From contig CM052816.1 of assembly GCA_028534125.1 (NCBI GenBank), positions 22,446,001 through 22,510,000 of the forward strand: a DNA stretch of 64,000 nucleotides, in the 5' to 3' direction. Position numbers and translations under genes: made by a program. Positions 1 through 11,500 of the stretch are shown here, one piece after another (within the stretch, counting starts at the first letter, position 1; each line of letters opens with the position of its first letter). Below the pieces are notes generated by a model. That model did no database searches, had not been told where the DNA came from, and worked only from the letters and a program-made list of their open reading frames with translations. The stretch comes from Lama glama. Taxonomy: Eukaryota.

Positions 1-756
1 TTTTAAAATTTACTTTCCTCAGAGTTTTCATAGGGAATCTCAGACTGAACTTTTAAAAGCACTGAAGCTAGAAAGCCAAGCAAAGAAATCACCAGTAGAT
101 TTCATCTGCAGTACCTACAGATGTGGATGGCTTACTCTTTTCTTAAGGTCCCCCAAATACCCTAAGATTCCTGTGCCTGCCAGGAAGTGATCTTCCTTAC
201 TCAGCTATAAGGCTGGGAACACTCTAAGCCAGATACCAGGCCAGTTTTCCGAAGAAAGTTTTGTAAGCATTGACTCCATAAATTAAACCTTGGTTTCTTA
301 AACCTCTCCGGTCATTTCTGACTCAATGCACATCATTCTCAACTTTGGCATTCCAGTTAAGATCTTGGTTAGATAACCAATGTTTCCAATTACGTCCTGT
401 TCCAAGGAGGACAGATTCTAATTGAACCTATGAAAATAATTATATTGCAATGAAAATAAGTAATCTCAGTAAGAGTTTCTGAATTGTGAAGGAATCAGCC
501 AGGGAGAAAAAGATGAATGTTTCACTTCTGTTTACAAAAATATACTCAACTAAGTTCTTATGAGTTATAGTTTAAGAGAAAAGAGAAAGGAGTTTCTTAT
601 ATCCGGAAAATAGAAGATCAAACACTAGCAATATTCCAAACCAAATCCATAATGATCCTTCATCAGTTCTTTCAGCATTATGTAATTAATTCTTCTCCTG
701 CCTGATCACAGGTTAGCAGTTATGAACCCATCAGCATCTCCATTACAGTTATAGAA
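1..756 (-). mobile_element. ERV1-class (MER4-group-like) internal sequence, fragment 1
   Basis: Non-coding ERV-internal-like sequence. It ends at ...catctccattacagttatagaa and continues after the insertion at 3479 (ctagaaattctgactcagttcag). Family assigned from recalled resemblance to MER4-group internal consensus. Confidence 0.6.
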
Positions 757-1244
757 TTTTTTTTTCCGCCACAGGTACAGACATTTATTAGCCAAAAATT
801 GATGAGCAAGCAGGTTCAAAACTGCTTATGCTGTTCTGTTAAGTTTAAAAAAGGCCTAGCTTGCTGTCATCTTAGCTGCTCTGAAAACTACCTTGCCTGC
901 TCAGAGGCTGACACAGCTCCAGAGTCAGGAATCTTTTGCTCCCGTGCTATTCAGCAGGCCACGGAAGTCCCCCTAACCACCAGCTGGACACAAGACTACT
1001 TAGGGCATCAAACCTGAGCTCCACCTCTAGGGGTAGAGGCTATCTTCGTTTGCTTCTTACTCCCTATTCATGCAAGAGTGAAGAGTCTCCCGTACTTGTA
1101 ACCAGTCCATGTGTCACAAGTACTTTTAACTTCATCAATGATATCCGATGTCTACACTGAATATTCATCATGCTAATCAAATTAAAAACTGGACATTTGC
1201 TTCTGACATTTAGTATGCTGACTCGCGGGGTGGAGGCTGTTGAT
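757..1244 (-). other. Retroposed unique polyadenylated sequence (3' end of a transcript or 3' transduction)
   Basis: Plus strand shows a T-run at 757-765 and tttatt (AATAAA on minus) about 20 nt inside. The segment interrupts the ERV internal sequence. No ORF, and I recognise no repeat family. Confidence 0.65.
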
Positions 1245-1777
1245 CTTTTTTTTTTTTAAATAGACTATTTTTTTTGAGCAGTTTCAGGTTTACAGTAGAA
1301 GTGAGCAGAAAATACAGAGTTCCCATACAACCCTCCCCACCCACACACATATACTTCCCTACCCTCAACACCCCTCATCAGTGTGGCGTATTTGGTACAA
1401 TCAATGAACCAACATGGACACGTTATTATCAACCAAATTCCATAGTTTACATTTGGGTTCACTCTTGATGTTGTACGTTCTATGCATTTTGACAAATGCA
1501 TAATGACATGTAGCCACCGCTATAGTATCATACAGAATAATTTCACTGCCCTAAAAATCCCTTGTGCTCCATCTATTCATTCCTCCCTCCCTCTTCCCCA
1601 AACTCATGGAAACCACAATCTTTTTATTGTTTCTGTAGCTTTGCCTTTTCCAGAATGTCATTTGGTTGGAAATCATACAGTTTGTAGCCTTTTCAGACTG
1701 GCTTCTTTTAGTAATATGTCTTTTAAGTTTTCCTCTATGTACTTCATAGCTTGATAGATCACTTTTCTTTTACTGCA
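1245..1777 (-). mobile_element. Old L1 3' UTR (L1MC1/L1MB-like) with its own poly(A)
   Basis: T-run at 1246-1257, then tagactattttttttgagcagtttcaggtttacagtagaagtgagcagaaaatacagagttccc and ttgccttttccagaatgtcat, typical of an antisense L1MB/MC 3' end. Confidence 0.8.
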
Positions 1778-1779
1778 CC

Positions 1780-3478
1780 TAGAGTATTCTTGGTTGTAAG
1801 TTTCCCCCTTGCATCACTTTAAATGTATCGTGCCACTCCCTTCTGGCCTGTAGAGTTCCTGCTGAAAAACCAGCTGATAACCTTATGGGAGTTCCCTTGT
1901 ATGTTATTCATTGCTTTTCTCTTGCTAATTTTAATATTGTCTCCTTATCTTAACTGTTGTCAATCTGATGACTGTGTGCCTTGGTGTGTTCTTCTTTGGG
2001 TCGATCCTGTGTGGTACTCTCTATGCTTTCAGGACTTGGGTGACTATTTCCCTTCCCAAGTTGGGGAAGTTTTCAGTTATTATCTCTCCAAAAATCTTCT
2101 GAGGTCCTTTCTGTCTCTCTTCTCTTTCTGGGACCCCTGTAATGCGAGTATTAGTGCACTTCATGTTGTCCCAGAGTTCTCTTAAACTATCCTCATTCCT
2201 TTTTATTCTTTTTTCTGTTCTGAAGTTGTGATTTCCACTAATCTGTCATCTAGCTCACTGATCCGTTCTTCTGCCCCATTTAGTCTATTCTTGGTTCCTT
2301 CTAGTGTATTGTTCATTTCAGGGATTTTATTCTTCAACTCTGTTTGGGTATTCTTTCTATTTTCCAACTCTTTGCTTAAAACTTCACTCTGTGCATCTAT
2401 ACTCCTCTTGAGTTCTCTAAACATCTTGGCCATCATTACTTTGGACTCTTTCTCAGATAAATTGCCTATTTCCTCATCACTTATTTCTTCCTCTGGGATT
2501 TTATCTTGCGCCTTGACCTGGGAGATATTCCTTTGCTGCCTCGTATCTATCTTTCTATGTGTTTGTGGATTCCTTCCACAGGCTTTGGGATTGTTGTTTT
2601 CTTATTTCTGGTATCTGCCCCTGGTGGAAGAGGCTGGACTAGAGGCTTATGTAGGATTCCTGACAGGAGGAGCCAGTGCCTGCCCACTGCTGGGTGAAGC
2701 TTGGTCCTGGACCTCTGGTGGGTAGGGCTGTGTCCAGATGCCTTTGTGGCTTAGGAAGTCTGCTCAGGGGTGTGGCTGTGTTCCCACCCTGTATGTTGTT
2801 TGGCCTGACGCTTCCCTGCAGGCTGTTGGGTGGGTCTAGGTCTTGGTGCTAACAATCCAATCAAGATGTCAGCCTTCAGGAAAGCTCATGTAGATTAATA
2901 CCCCTGGAATGTCTGCCACCAGCTTTTATGACCCCTGAGTGAGCCACAGCCATCCCCCACGTCCTCGAGAGACCCTCCAAATTCAGTAGGCAGGTCTGGC
3001 CCAAGTTCCTATGAAATCACTGCCTCTGCCCTTGGACCTGGTGCATGTGAGTTTCCGTGTGTGCTTCCCAAGTGAATGGAGTCTCCATTTCCCCCAGTCC
3101 CGTGAGGTTCCCAGAACCAAGCCCCTCTGGCCTTCAAAACCAGATGTCCTGGGGTCTCCTTCTCTTCCCAGTGTTGAGCCTGAGCTGGGGAGACTGACGT
3201 GGGACTTAGAGCTCTCACTCCTGTGGGAGGGCCTCTGCGACTTTACAAATCTTCAGCTTGGGGGTCACCCACCTGGGGTTTATGGGGCCGAATTATATCA
3301 CGAGCACGCCCCTCCTACTGTCCTGCTGTGGTTCCCTTTTTATGTTTCCAGATGCAGAAGATCTTTGTTGCTAGGTTTCAGTCTTTTTTCGATGGTTGTT
3401 TAGCATTCAGTTGTGGTTTCATGTAGTTGCGAGGAGAGGCAAGCTCGCGGTCTTACCACTCTGCCATCTTGACCAGAA
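1780..3478 (-). mobile_element. L1 5'UTR plus disrupted ORF1, no ORF2
   Basis: Minus strand starts ttctggtcaagatggcagagtgg (L1 5' end). ORF1 start codon is mutated to ACG at 2544-2542. Translation includes MMAKMFRELKRSIDAQSEVLSKELEN...RISELDDRLVEI and YKGTPIRLSAGFSAGTLQARREWHDTFKVM...LQPRIL, with a frameshift near 2200. Confidence 0.9.
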
Positions 3479-3772
3479 CTAGAAATTCTGACTCAGTTCA
3501 GTGGTATGGTCTCAAAGTTATTTAAGCAATGTCATCAGAAGCTTGCATCTCATAGCACCTGGCATAGTCCTTTCCATGATTCTCATAAACAGCCTCTTTT
3601 TGTTAAAGACAGAGCATTCTGACCTACAGCTAATAGCAAGTACTTTCAGGGAAGCATCAGAGTTAAAAAAAAAAGAAAAACCCCAGTAATCTGTAGATGA
3701 CAAAAGACTTATAGGCTGTAGTTAAAGATCTGATGAGAGTTCACTATAAAAATAATGCAAAAGGCAAGGTAA
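3479..3772 (-). mobile_element. ERV1 internal sequence, fragment 2
   Basis: Direct continuation of 1-756 across the insertion. Confidence 0.55.
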
Positions 3773-4690
3773 TTTGTTTGCTGGGAATATAAATTGGTGC
3801 AGCCACTATAGAAAATAGTATGGAGGTCCTTCACAGAATTAAAAATAGAACTACCATAGGATCCAGCATTCCCACTTCTGGGTATATATCCAAAGGAACT
3901 AAAATCAGGATCTCAAAGAGATAGCTGCACTCTCATATTCAATGCAGCATAATTCACAATAGTCGGAACATGGACGCAAAGTAATGTCCATCCCAGGACA
4001 AGTAGCTAAAAAATGTGGTATATACCTTTACTGGAATATTATTCAGCCATTACAAAAGGAAATGCTGCCACTTACAAAAACATAAACACACTGGAGGAAA
4101 TTATGCTGAATGAAACAAGCCAGACACAGAAGAAGAAATACTACAAAATACAACTTACATGAAGAATCTAAATAGTCAAACTCACAGAAGCATAGGTTAG
4201 AGCAGTGGTTGTCACAGGTTAAGGGGAGGGAGAAATGTGAGGTATTATTCAATGGTTACAAATTTTAAGTTACACAAAATGAATAATCCCACAGATCTAT
4301 AATACCACACAGTACCTATAGTTAATACTGTATTGTAAACTTAAAAATTTGCTAACAGGGTAGACTTAAGTCTGCGAAGAAGAAGAAGAAGAAGAAGAAG
4401 AAGAAGAAGAAGAAGAAGAAGAAGAAGGAGAAGGAGAAGGAGAAGGAGAAGGAGAAGGAGAAGGAGAGGGAGAGGGAGAGGGAGAGGGAGAGGAAGAAGA
4501 AGAGAAGAAGAAGAAGAGGAGGAATGAATAAAGATAGTGGGAGGAATCTTTTGGGGGTAATGGATAGGTTTATGGCATAGATTGTGGTGATGGTTTCACA
4601 AATATATACTTATCTCCAAATTCATTAAGTTGTAGACATTAAATATGTACAGATTTTTTAATGTCAATCATACCTCAATAAAATGGGCTT
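3773..4690 (+). mobile_element. 5'-truncated L1 (L1MA9/10-like): ORF2 end and 3'UTR
   Basis: gggaatataaattggtgcagccactatagaaaatagtatggagg...atagaactaccataggatccagc; ends gtcaatcatacctcaataaa. Confidence 0.85.
4376..4524 (+). repeat. Compound purine microsatellite (GAA)17(GGAGAA)6(GGAGAG)5 plus GAA-rich tail
   Basis: Read directly: 149 consecutive purines. Confidence 0.97.
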
Positions 4691-4699
4691 GTAAGAAAG

Positions 4700-5175
4700 G
4701 AAATTTCATTTAGGATTTTATTTTGAGAAGAAAAAATATCAGAAGTTTTAAAGTTTGAACAGTTGGTTAAATATGATCATGAGTCACTGAGAAAAAATAT
4801 TTAACTATTTAACCCAAGTGACAATAAAAGATTTAAAAGTAAATATAAGAAGTAACATGATTGTAAAAAAAAAATAACTCTTTCAAACATGAGAAGACTT
4901 GCTTCCCTGACATAATCAGTGATATGATAATACCAACAAAAATCACAGGAAATAATTCCAAGATTCCATTGTGCCTTGTAAGTGGATTACTCAAAAGGTA
5001 AAGAAAAATCTTTTACAACATCTTATTTAAAGTAGACCAAAAATAGAAGAAAACTTCATCATTTTTAAAAGAGAGAAAGTCAAACTCTAGCTTTGTGTCA
5101 GTACACTATTGAGACTAAAGCTCATTAAAAAACTTTATAAATAAATCCATCAAGACTGTGTGGGTAAAATTTTTT
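4700..5175 (-). mobile_element. ERV1 internal sequence, fragment 3
   Basis: AT-rich MER4-group-internal-like sequence (ttaacccaagtgacaataaaagattt, agagaaagtcaaactctag) resuming after the L1. Confidence 0.45.
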
Positions 5176-5694
5176 CTCATGTCTGTGCATATCACAAGCA
5201 TACTGAAATGTCAGGGTTTATAGAAATAAAGAGAATCACAAAATTGGAATTTACAGAATTGAAGATAGGTATTTCCCTCCAAAAACAAAGAGGAAAGCAG
5301 TTAATAACCCCTCCCAATTCTCACTGGAATGATGTTTCATCCCATTTGCTAGGTAAGAGCTCTCTGCTTCCCTGACACAGCAATGCTCTGCCAAGTTCTG
5401 ACTTCTGAGTCAGATGAGCAGAAATCTTTGATCAAGGATACCTGCTTCTCTTTCTGTCTATCCCTTTTGGAAATCTAGCCACTTGCTAGCACTAATTGAG
5501 CCTGCCACATGCCACCACATACGACACTGTTAATCAACCCCTTCTTCAAGAAAGCTTTTCCTGTGGTTTCCTTTTTCCCCTTCGTGCCTGGAAAGTTGCT
5601 CAAATAAGAAATTTCCAGTCACTTTGAACACTTCCCTCTCCCTTGTGCCTTATATTTTGTTTATATCTCATTCTCACCCCTATTCGTCCCCCTG

Positions 5695-6020
5695 TATAGC
5701 AGAGTATTTAGAGGTAGAACTTGAAGTCAGACAACCAAAATTTGAATAAATCCTAGCTCTATTTTTACTAGCTATGTGATTTTTGGAAATAATGATAATA
5801 ATTAAAATAAGCATAGGAATAAGAATAAGGCTACGTACCATACACTATTCTAAATACTTCACATATATCTGCCTAATTGTCACAACAACTTATGATAGGT
5901 CTGTTACTACTCACATTTTATAGATGAGAAAACTGAAAAACAGAAGTTAAATAACGGAAGTCACAAATGTCCAGCCAGGATTCAAATCCAGTCTGACTGA
6001 AGAGCTCACACTTTTAACTA
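5695..6020. mobile_element. Two MIR fragments (+ 5695-5790; - 5830-6020)
   Basis: cctagctctatttttactagctatgtgat, and the core cattttatagatgagaaaactga...ggattcaaatccagtctgact. Confidence 0.7.
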
Positions 6021-7570
6021 TTTCATTTTTTCACTTTTGGGTTTCAGTTTGATACCTACCATGTAGTAAACAATAAATAATAGCATTGTTAATACAAGTG
6101 CATGACTTTTATCAAGCATCCATCACTTCTTACTTCTACTATTGCATTAGCCTCCTTGCATGTTCTCAGGTTAATCGTTTTCACACTGCTGCCAAAGCAT
6201 ATCTTTATAAAAACAAAATTAACCATAATACTCGCCTGTATTAAAAACTTCCACTGAGTTTCATTTATCTACCAATAATATGCAAACATAGCATGCTGTT
6301 AAAGGGCTTCAATGGTTTGCCCCAAATTAATTAATTTTCTTGCCCCATATTTTTTCATTTCTCTTTCCTCTCTCATTCCACATTTGCCTAATTCCAGCCA
6401 CACCGAAAGTCTACTGGTCTACGTGGATCTTGGTGTAGGCTCGGTGTTGTCTCCTCACTCTGCTGGACTGATAGTAAGGTATCATCACACAGGTCCAACT
6501 TGGTTTCAGTTGGTAAGCGTGGGGTAAGAGGACCTCTGGGTAAAATCTGTTCTCAGCATGCAGACGCCAGATGACTGACAAGGCCCGTGGCAAGGGCCAG
6601 TGGGATGTCCTGGTCCCAGGTCTGATTCTCACATAGATGGCAGCAAGCAGAAGCTGAAGACAGTTTTCCACAAAAGACTCAGGGCCCTACCCCTGCTGCT
6701 CTGAAACTCTGGGGACCAAGCTTAATACCAACCTGGGGATAGGTACTGTCCCATTTCTAAATCAAACGCAAGACAGCTCCGGAGCAGAGGGAAGGCAATA
6801 GCACATTATTCAGCACCTGGAGGGTGGGAGCACTGAGAGAAAGTTCCTTAGGCAGGCAGAGGGTGGTCGCTGAGAGGCATGCATGAGGCTGCTGGCTATG
6901 TGCGTATGCGAGATACTCCAGAGATCTCAGGAGCAGCAGGGGGGACAGTGTGGCTGCTGGGCAGCTGAGTTATACAGATAAATACTGTGCAGTTGGGCTT
7001 GGAGGTGGGATGGGGAAATGGGGCACAAACCCGTGAAATATGGATAACAATGCTATTTGCATCCATAGGTGGGATTACCGAGACACTTCAGTGTATGTTA
7101 GTCATACTATATTTTGTGATATACTCTACAGCTTAGATCCATTGAAGGCAGGCTGGTATGTTTTACCATTATGTTTAAGGATTATTGATCTTCCAAATTT
7201 GCTGCTACCCTCCTGGTAGCTCTCTAAGAATTCCCAGGTTTTCCCCACCACTTTCTGTAAGTGGAAAAAAGAAGGTACGGAGGACTCAGTGGAAGACTAG
7301 GTTTCAATCCTGCGTGCTGGAGTGTGAATCTCAGGATTGAAAACTGATGACGAAGAGCAGTTTAGACTTATGGTAGATTGCAGTGGAGCACCATGAATGC
7401 TCAAAGACAACATCTGCAGCGGTCAAACTCCAGGTCGCAAAATTAGGATCTCATGTGATGCTGTTCCTTTTCCAAGACACCCACAGATGATTCATGCTCT
7501 TACTCCTTCCTCCAAATGGCCCCTCAGTCACTTATCGTACAGGGGTGACTCGCTCTGACTCTGTTTATTC

Positions 7571-7697
7571 TTTTTTTAAAAAACTTTTGGGGGGGAGGTA
7601 ATTAGGTTTATTTATTTTAATGGAGGTACTGGGGATTGAACCCAGGACCTTGTGCATGCTAAGCATGCACTCTACCACTGAGCTATACCACACCTCC
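7571..7697 (-). mobile_element. Camelid tRNA-Ala-derived SINE (Vic-1-like)
   Basis: Reverse complement reads ggtatagctcagtggtagagtgcatgcttagcatgcacaaggtcctgggttcaatccccagtacctcca (A box, AGC anticodon-like loop, B box), then a taaataaacctaattacctcccccc tail and an A-run. Confidence 0.9.
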
Positions 7698-7944
7698 ACA
7701 TTTCCTTTTTGAAAAGCACCTTTAAGTCTTAATAGAACCTGTTAATATTTTCTAAAGCCTGTATTTTGCCATGAGAAACTGTTCACTGATTTCTCAAAAG
7801 TACATTCAGTACAATTAAATGTTTTCTTTTAATTAAATTTATAATTAAATATAATAATAAATGTTACCATTTTATAATTAACTCATATATTTTGTTAGAA
7901 TGGCACGTAGCACATTCACCTAATGATAAGATGTACTAGATCCT

Positions 7945-8075
7945 GGGATAAAGCTATTTATGCATTTAAAAATGTTTAATCCTTATGAAAATTTCATAAA
8001 GAAAATATGATTATCCTCATTTTATAGATGAAGAAACTGAGGCTTAAGAAAATCACACATCCAAGGAAGTGAAGT
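7945..8075 (-). mobile_element. MIR
   Basis: Core attatcctcattttatagatgaagaaactgaggcttaag. Confidence 0.75.
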
Positions 8076-8402
8076 TTATATACAGCATTATACGAGACAT
8101 ATGTGATGTGTTCACACTGTAGTGCACTTACCAGGTAAGACCAGTGCCGCTCAAGTAGCACTTGTGAACCACTTGCTATGGATCCAACATGACATAAGCT
8201 TGTGCTGGAATATAAATCCAATACATGACAACTCATTTTCCCATTAATATATCAGAACTGTCCATTAGCAGATGTCTGTTATCTTTGATGTAAAAACATT
8301 TCTATCTCAGTGTTTTTCACTGTGTCATTGCTTTCTTCATTGACAAAGCCTTGATCTCCACCCCGACCCCTCCCGTCTCCTTCCTATCTCTGCCCTCCTC
8401 AC

Positions 8403-8549
8403 CGGCAAGTCCAAGTTCACCAGGGAGCTCAGGTTGCGGCCAGAGTCCTCCCCTGAGATGAACTGATGAACTGGTGCGCTAAGCGCAGCAGCAGTGTTTT
8501 CGGGCCCCAGTAGATGCACCCAGGCGATGGGATTGTTGCAGCCCGAGCA
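8403..8549 (-). CDS. Candidate 147-nt exon of an unidentified minus-strand gene
   Basis: Acceptor gactttctgctctttccacag, donor CCG|gtgagg, locally CpG-rich. One open frame (phase 0-0): CSGCNNPIAWVHLLGPENTAAALSAPVHQFISGEDSGRNLSSLVNLDLP. Protein not recognised. Confidence 0.4.
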
Positions 8550-11500
8550 CTGTGGAAAGAGCAGAAAGTCTTGCTTTAAAAAAAAAAAAAGACAGCTGAA
8601 CTCTACAGTGTGCTTGGTGACACAGTCTATTCACATTCTGATGCAGCTCCCGCTCCAGGCAGGGGCTGCCAGCAAACGGTGCCTGTTCCAGCAGGGGTCT
8701 GCAGCCCACTCTGTAAGGAGCACCGCACACATGGGGTTTGAATCAATGCCTGACACTTCAGTCCAAGCAGAGTTCAGGCCAGACTCAAAGAACATGACGT
8801 CTGCGTGAAGTGTTCAGGGTATTTTTAATCCTTTCTTGCAATCAATCAAAAAGCTAGTATCCATTCCACACATATAATGAACAAGGCACTATAACAGAAG
8901 GTGGGGGTGATTAAAAAAAAATCAGAATTCTTGCCCACTTTAGGAACTTTGCTGTTTGAGTGGAGAGAAAAACTAATGCAGCAAAACCTAATGATACTCA
9001 GGTGCTAATGATTAAGGCCAAATAAGTGGTTTTGTGTATTAGCGTAGATCCCAAGAGCCAATACCTGCAGCTGGGGGAGGCAGCTCTGGGGCGATCCGCC
9101 AGAGCTTCACGGTACAGGGAAAACCTAAGCAGGTCCTTTAATGATGAAACACTCCCTGTGGTCTGAGAAAAATGCAGAGGCAGAAAAAATCAGCACATTC
9201 CCAGAAAAATGAGGGAAAGTAATCAAGAGGAGTGAAGAATTTGAAGGGAAGAGGGAGGAGCAGGCTAGGAAGGTAAACATTCCCTCAGGGCCGTGAAGTG
9301 CAGATGCTTAATAAGCATACTGAGTTTCTTAACGAAAAGCTTTTTATTGCTTAAGGCTGAGTGTCTTAATAAGTGAGCAGGGACCCGGGCAGGGGCAGTG
9401 TTTCCATTTTCAGTATGCAAGGGTGCACTTTCTTGGCATAATTCTGACTTTGCATGAGTTGTCATGAATACCTTGCAGATTTAGTTCCAGTTTAGGTTTA
9501 TGCATCAAGGATGGGACATTTTATGTATGAACAACTTCTAAAAAGTCCTACCCTGTAAATAATCCCCATATTCATAGCCTTTAGAAGTATCTGACCCAGA
9601 GCTTAGGCTTAAATCAAAATAGATTTTCCTAGGAAAAGTTTAGTAAGTAATATCCTGGGATATATTCCAGGAATAATCACTTTCCATGATATTCTCCAGT
9701 TTTTATGTGATGAGTTTAAACTGAGAAAGCTCTTTAAAAGTATATACATTTGCTGCAGAAAAGAAAACAGCTAACCTACTGGGGCAAATATGTCTTTAAT
9801 TTTCCTCTCTATTAAGCTCTTTTCTCATGCTTTTATTTTTACAAAATGCTAAACATATGAATCTACAAATTCAAACTAGAGAAAGACAATTGTTAAAAGT
9901 AAAGTTTGTTCCTCTCCATTTCAAAGTTCAAATGGAATCACTGTCCTAATTTATAGAGGAATCATTCAGGGAATATCTGAACTGCCAATTATACCTGTAT
10001 CTCCATGCAATTCATGTAGTATAAGAAAAGCCTTAATTATCCATCTTTAAACTTGTGTAAATGACTCACAATCATTTACTGAAAGATTTAATGGCCTAGG
10101 TTATTTCATAGAAGGAGGGAAATACTTGCCAGAAAATCCATTAACGTGCCAATAATTTCACTAAGTTTTAGTAAGTGGTTAAGGCGAAATCAAGATGGGA
10201 TATATTTGCATTTCAGCTTAGAATAATAAACTGACATTTGCCTAACATTTCCAAGGGATTTTGCACATCTTTCCCGCAAGCATTTATTTTCTTATTAGTT
10301 GCTTCTCACTCCCAGCTATACCCTTAAGTAATGAGGGTTAACACCAAACTAAGTCTGAAGAATTTATTCTAGAGAGATGGAGATACCACAGGAGAACGGG
10401 AAGCCCCCAACAGACGGAACTGCATGTAGCTGGGTAGAGACACCTGGCCAGAAGCACAGGTCCTTCGGTACAGAGGAATCCGAGGGGATGGGCTTGTGTC
10501 AGGTCAGGGGCAAGAAGATTTTCAGGAGAAAACACAAAAAAAGGGGGAGAAAAGAGAACAGGATGACACATTACAATTCAGGAATATGACCACAGAAAGG
10601 AGGGAAGGCTGGCCAGTTTTTATAAAATTTTAAGAGATTAGGGGAATTTGGGGGTCAATGAGATGAGCTGGCATCTTGGAGGGGTCTTAGAGCAGGTTCT
10701 GATAGCCAGACTCTCTCCCAACAGCCCTCAAACAGAGCTACGTGTGCAGTTAAAGGTACATGCACCTCCATGAAGTTCTCTGTTTGCCTGTGCACGTACA
10801 TGTATATTCTCTCCTGAAGAAAGGACTTACTGCCTAAATTTCCATCTTTTTTCAGCACCTCTCCATTAGTGAACTTCACACACACAATAATCTTCATGGG
10901 GTGAAAAGTGTGGAAGGGAAGATTTTCTACTTTGGAGTTCTGAGTAAAAGCTTCCATAAAGCTTAGGATACTGCCTTCCTTTCTACCTTTTTGCTGACAG
11001 TTATGAGTTTTACTTCGCCTGCAGAGAAATTTTTTTTCATAAGCACTTGCCTTCCTATAGCATGGACTGACACAGATGACAGCATTCTCTGTGCCTTATC
11101 ATTAATTTATTTTATTCACTGTGTTGCAAAGACTAAAACCAACTCCCCAGTGCCTTTGCAGACTCTCATAGACTTCAATTTGAATCCAGCATTAATTAAA
11201 GTGCCATTAAGCATGTTCTCTTTTTTCCTGTCACTGTATAACAGTGAATCATTTTAAATTTTAGTTGTTCTTAGTCATTTACACGGTTTGAAAATAATAC
11301 GCAGTGACACAGCAAGCAGAAGCCAAATCTACAGCTGATTTAACTCAATGTACTCCAAATCACAATTCATTTTCCCATTAATATATCAGAGTTGTCAGCT
11401 AGAAGGTGTCTGTTATCCCTATTATAGTAACAGAACTTCTATTAGAGTGTTTGTCACAAAACTTCATAGGAAATACCACTTGATGTGCTTAGGTCTCATT

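Noticed and set aside
1100..1175. C/D-box snoRNA-like ATGATGA motif in the retroposed unique segment
   Set aside because: No suitably placed CTGA D box or terminal stem.
7620..7695. tRNA-Ala(AGC) gene
   Set aside because: It carries the SINE-specific tail and A-run, and the acceptor stem is imperfect. It is the head of a SINE.
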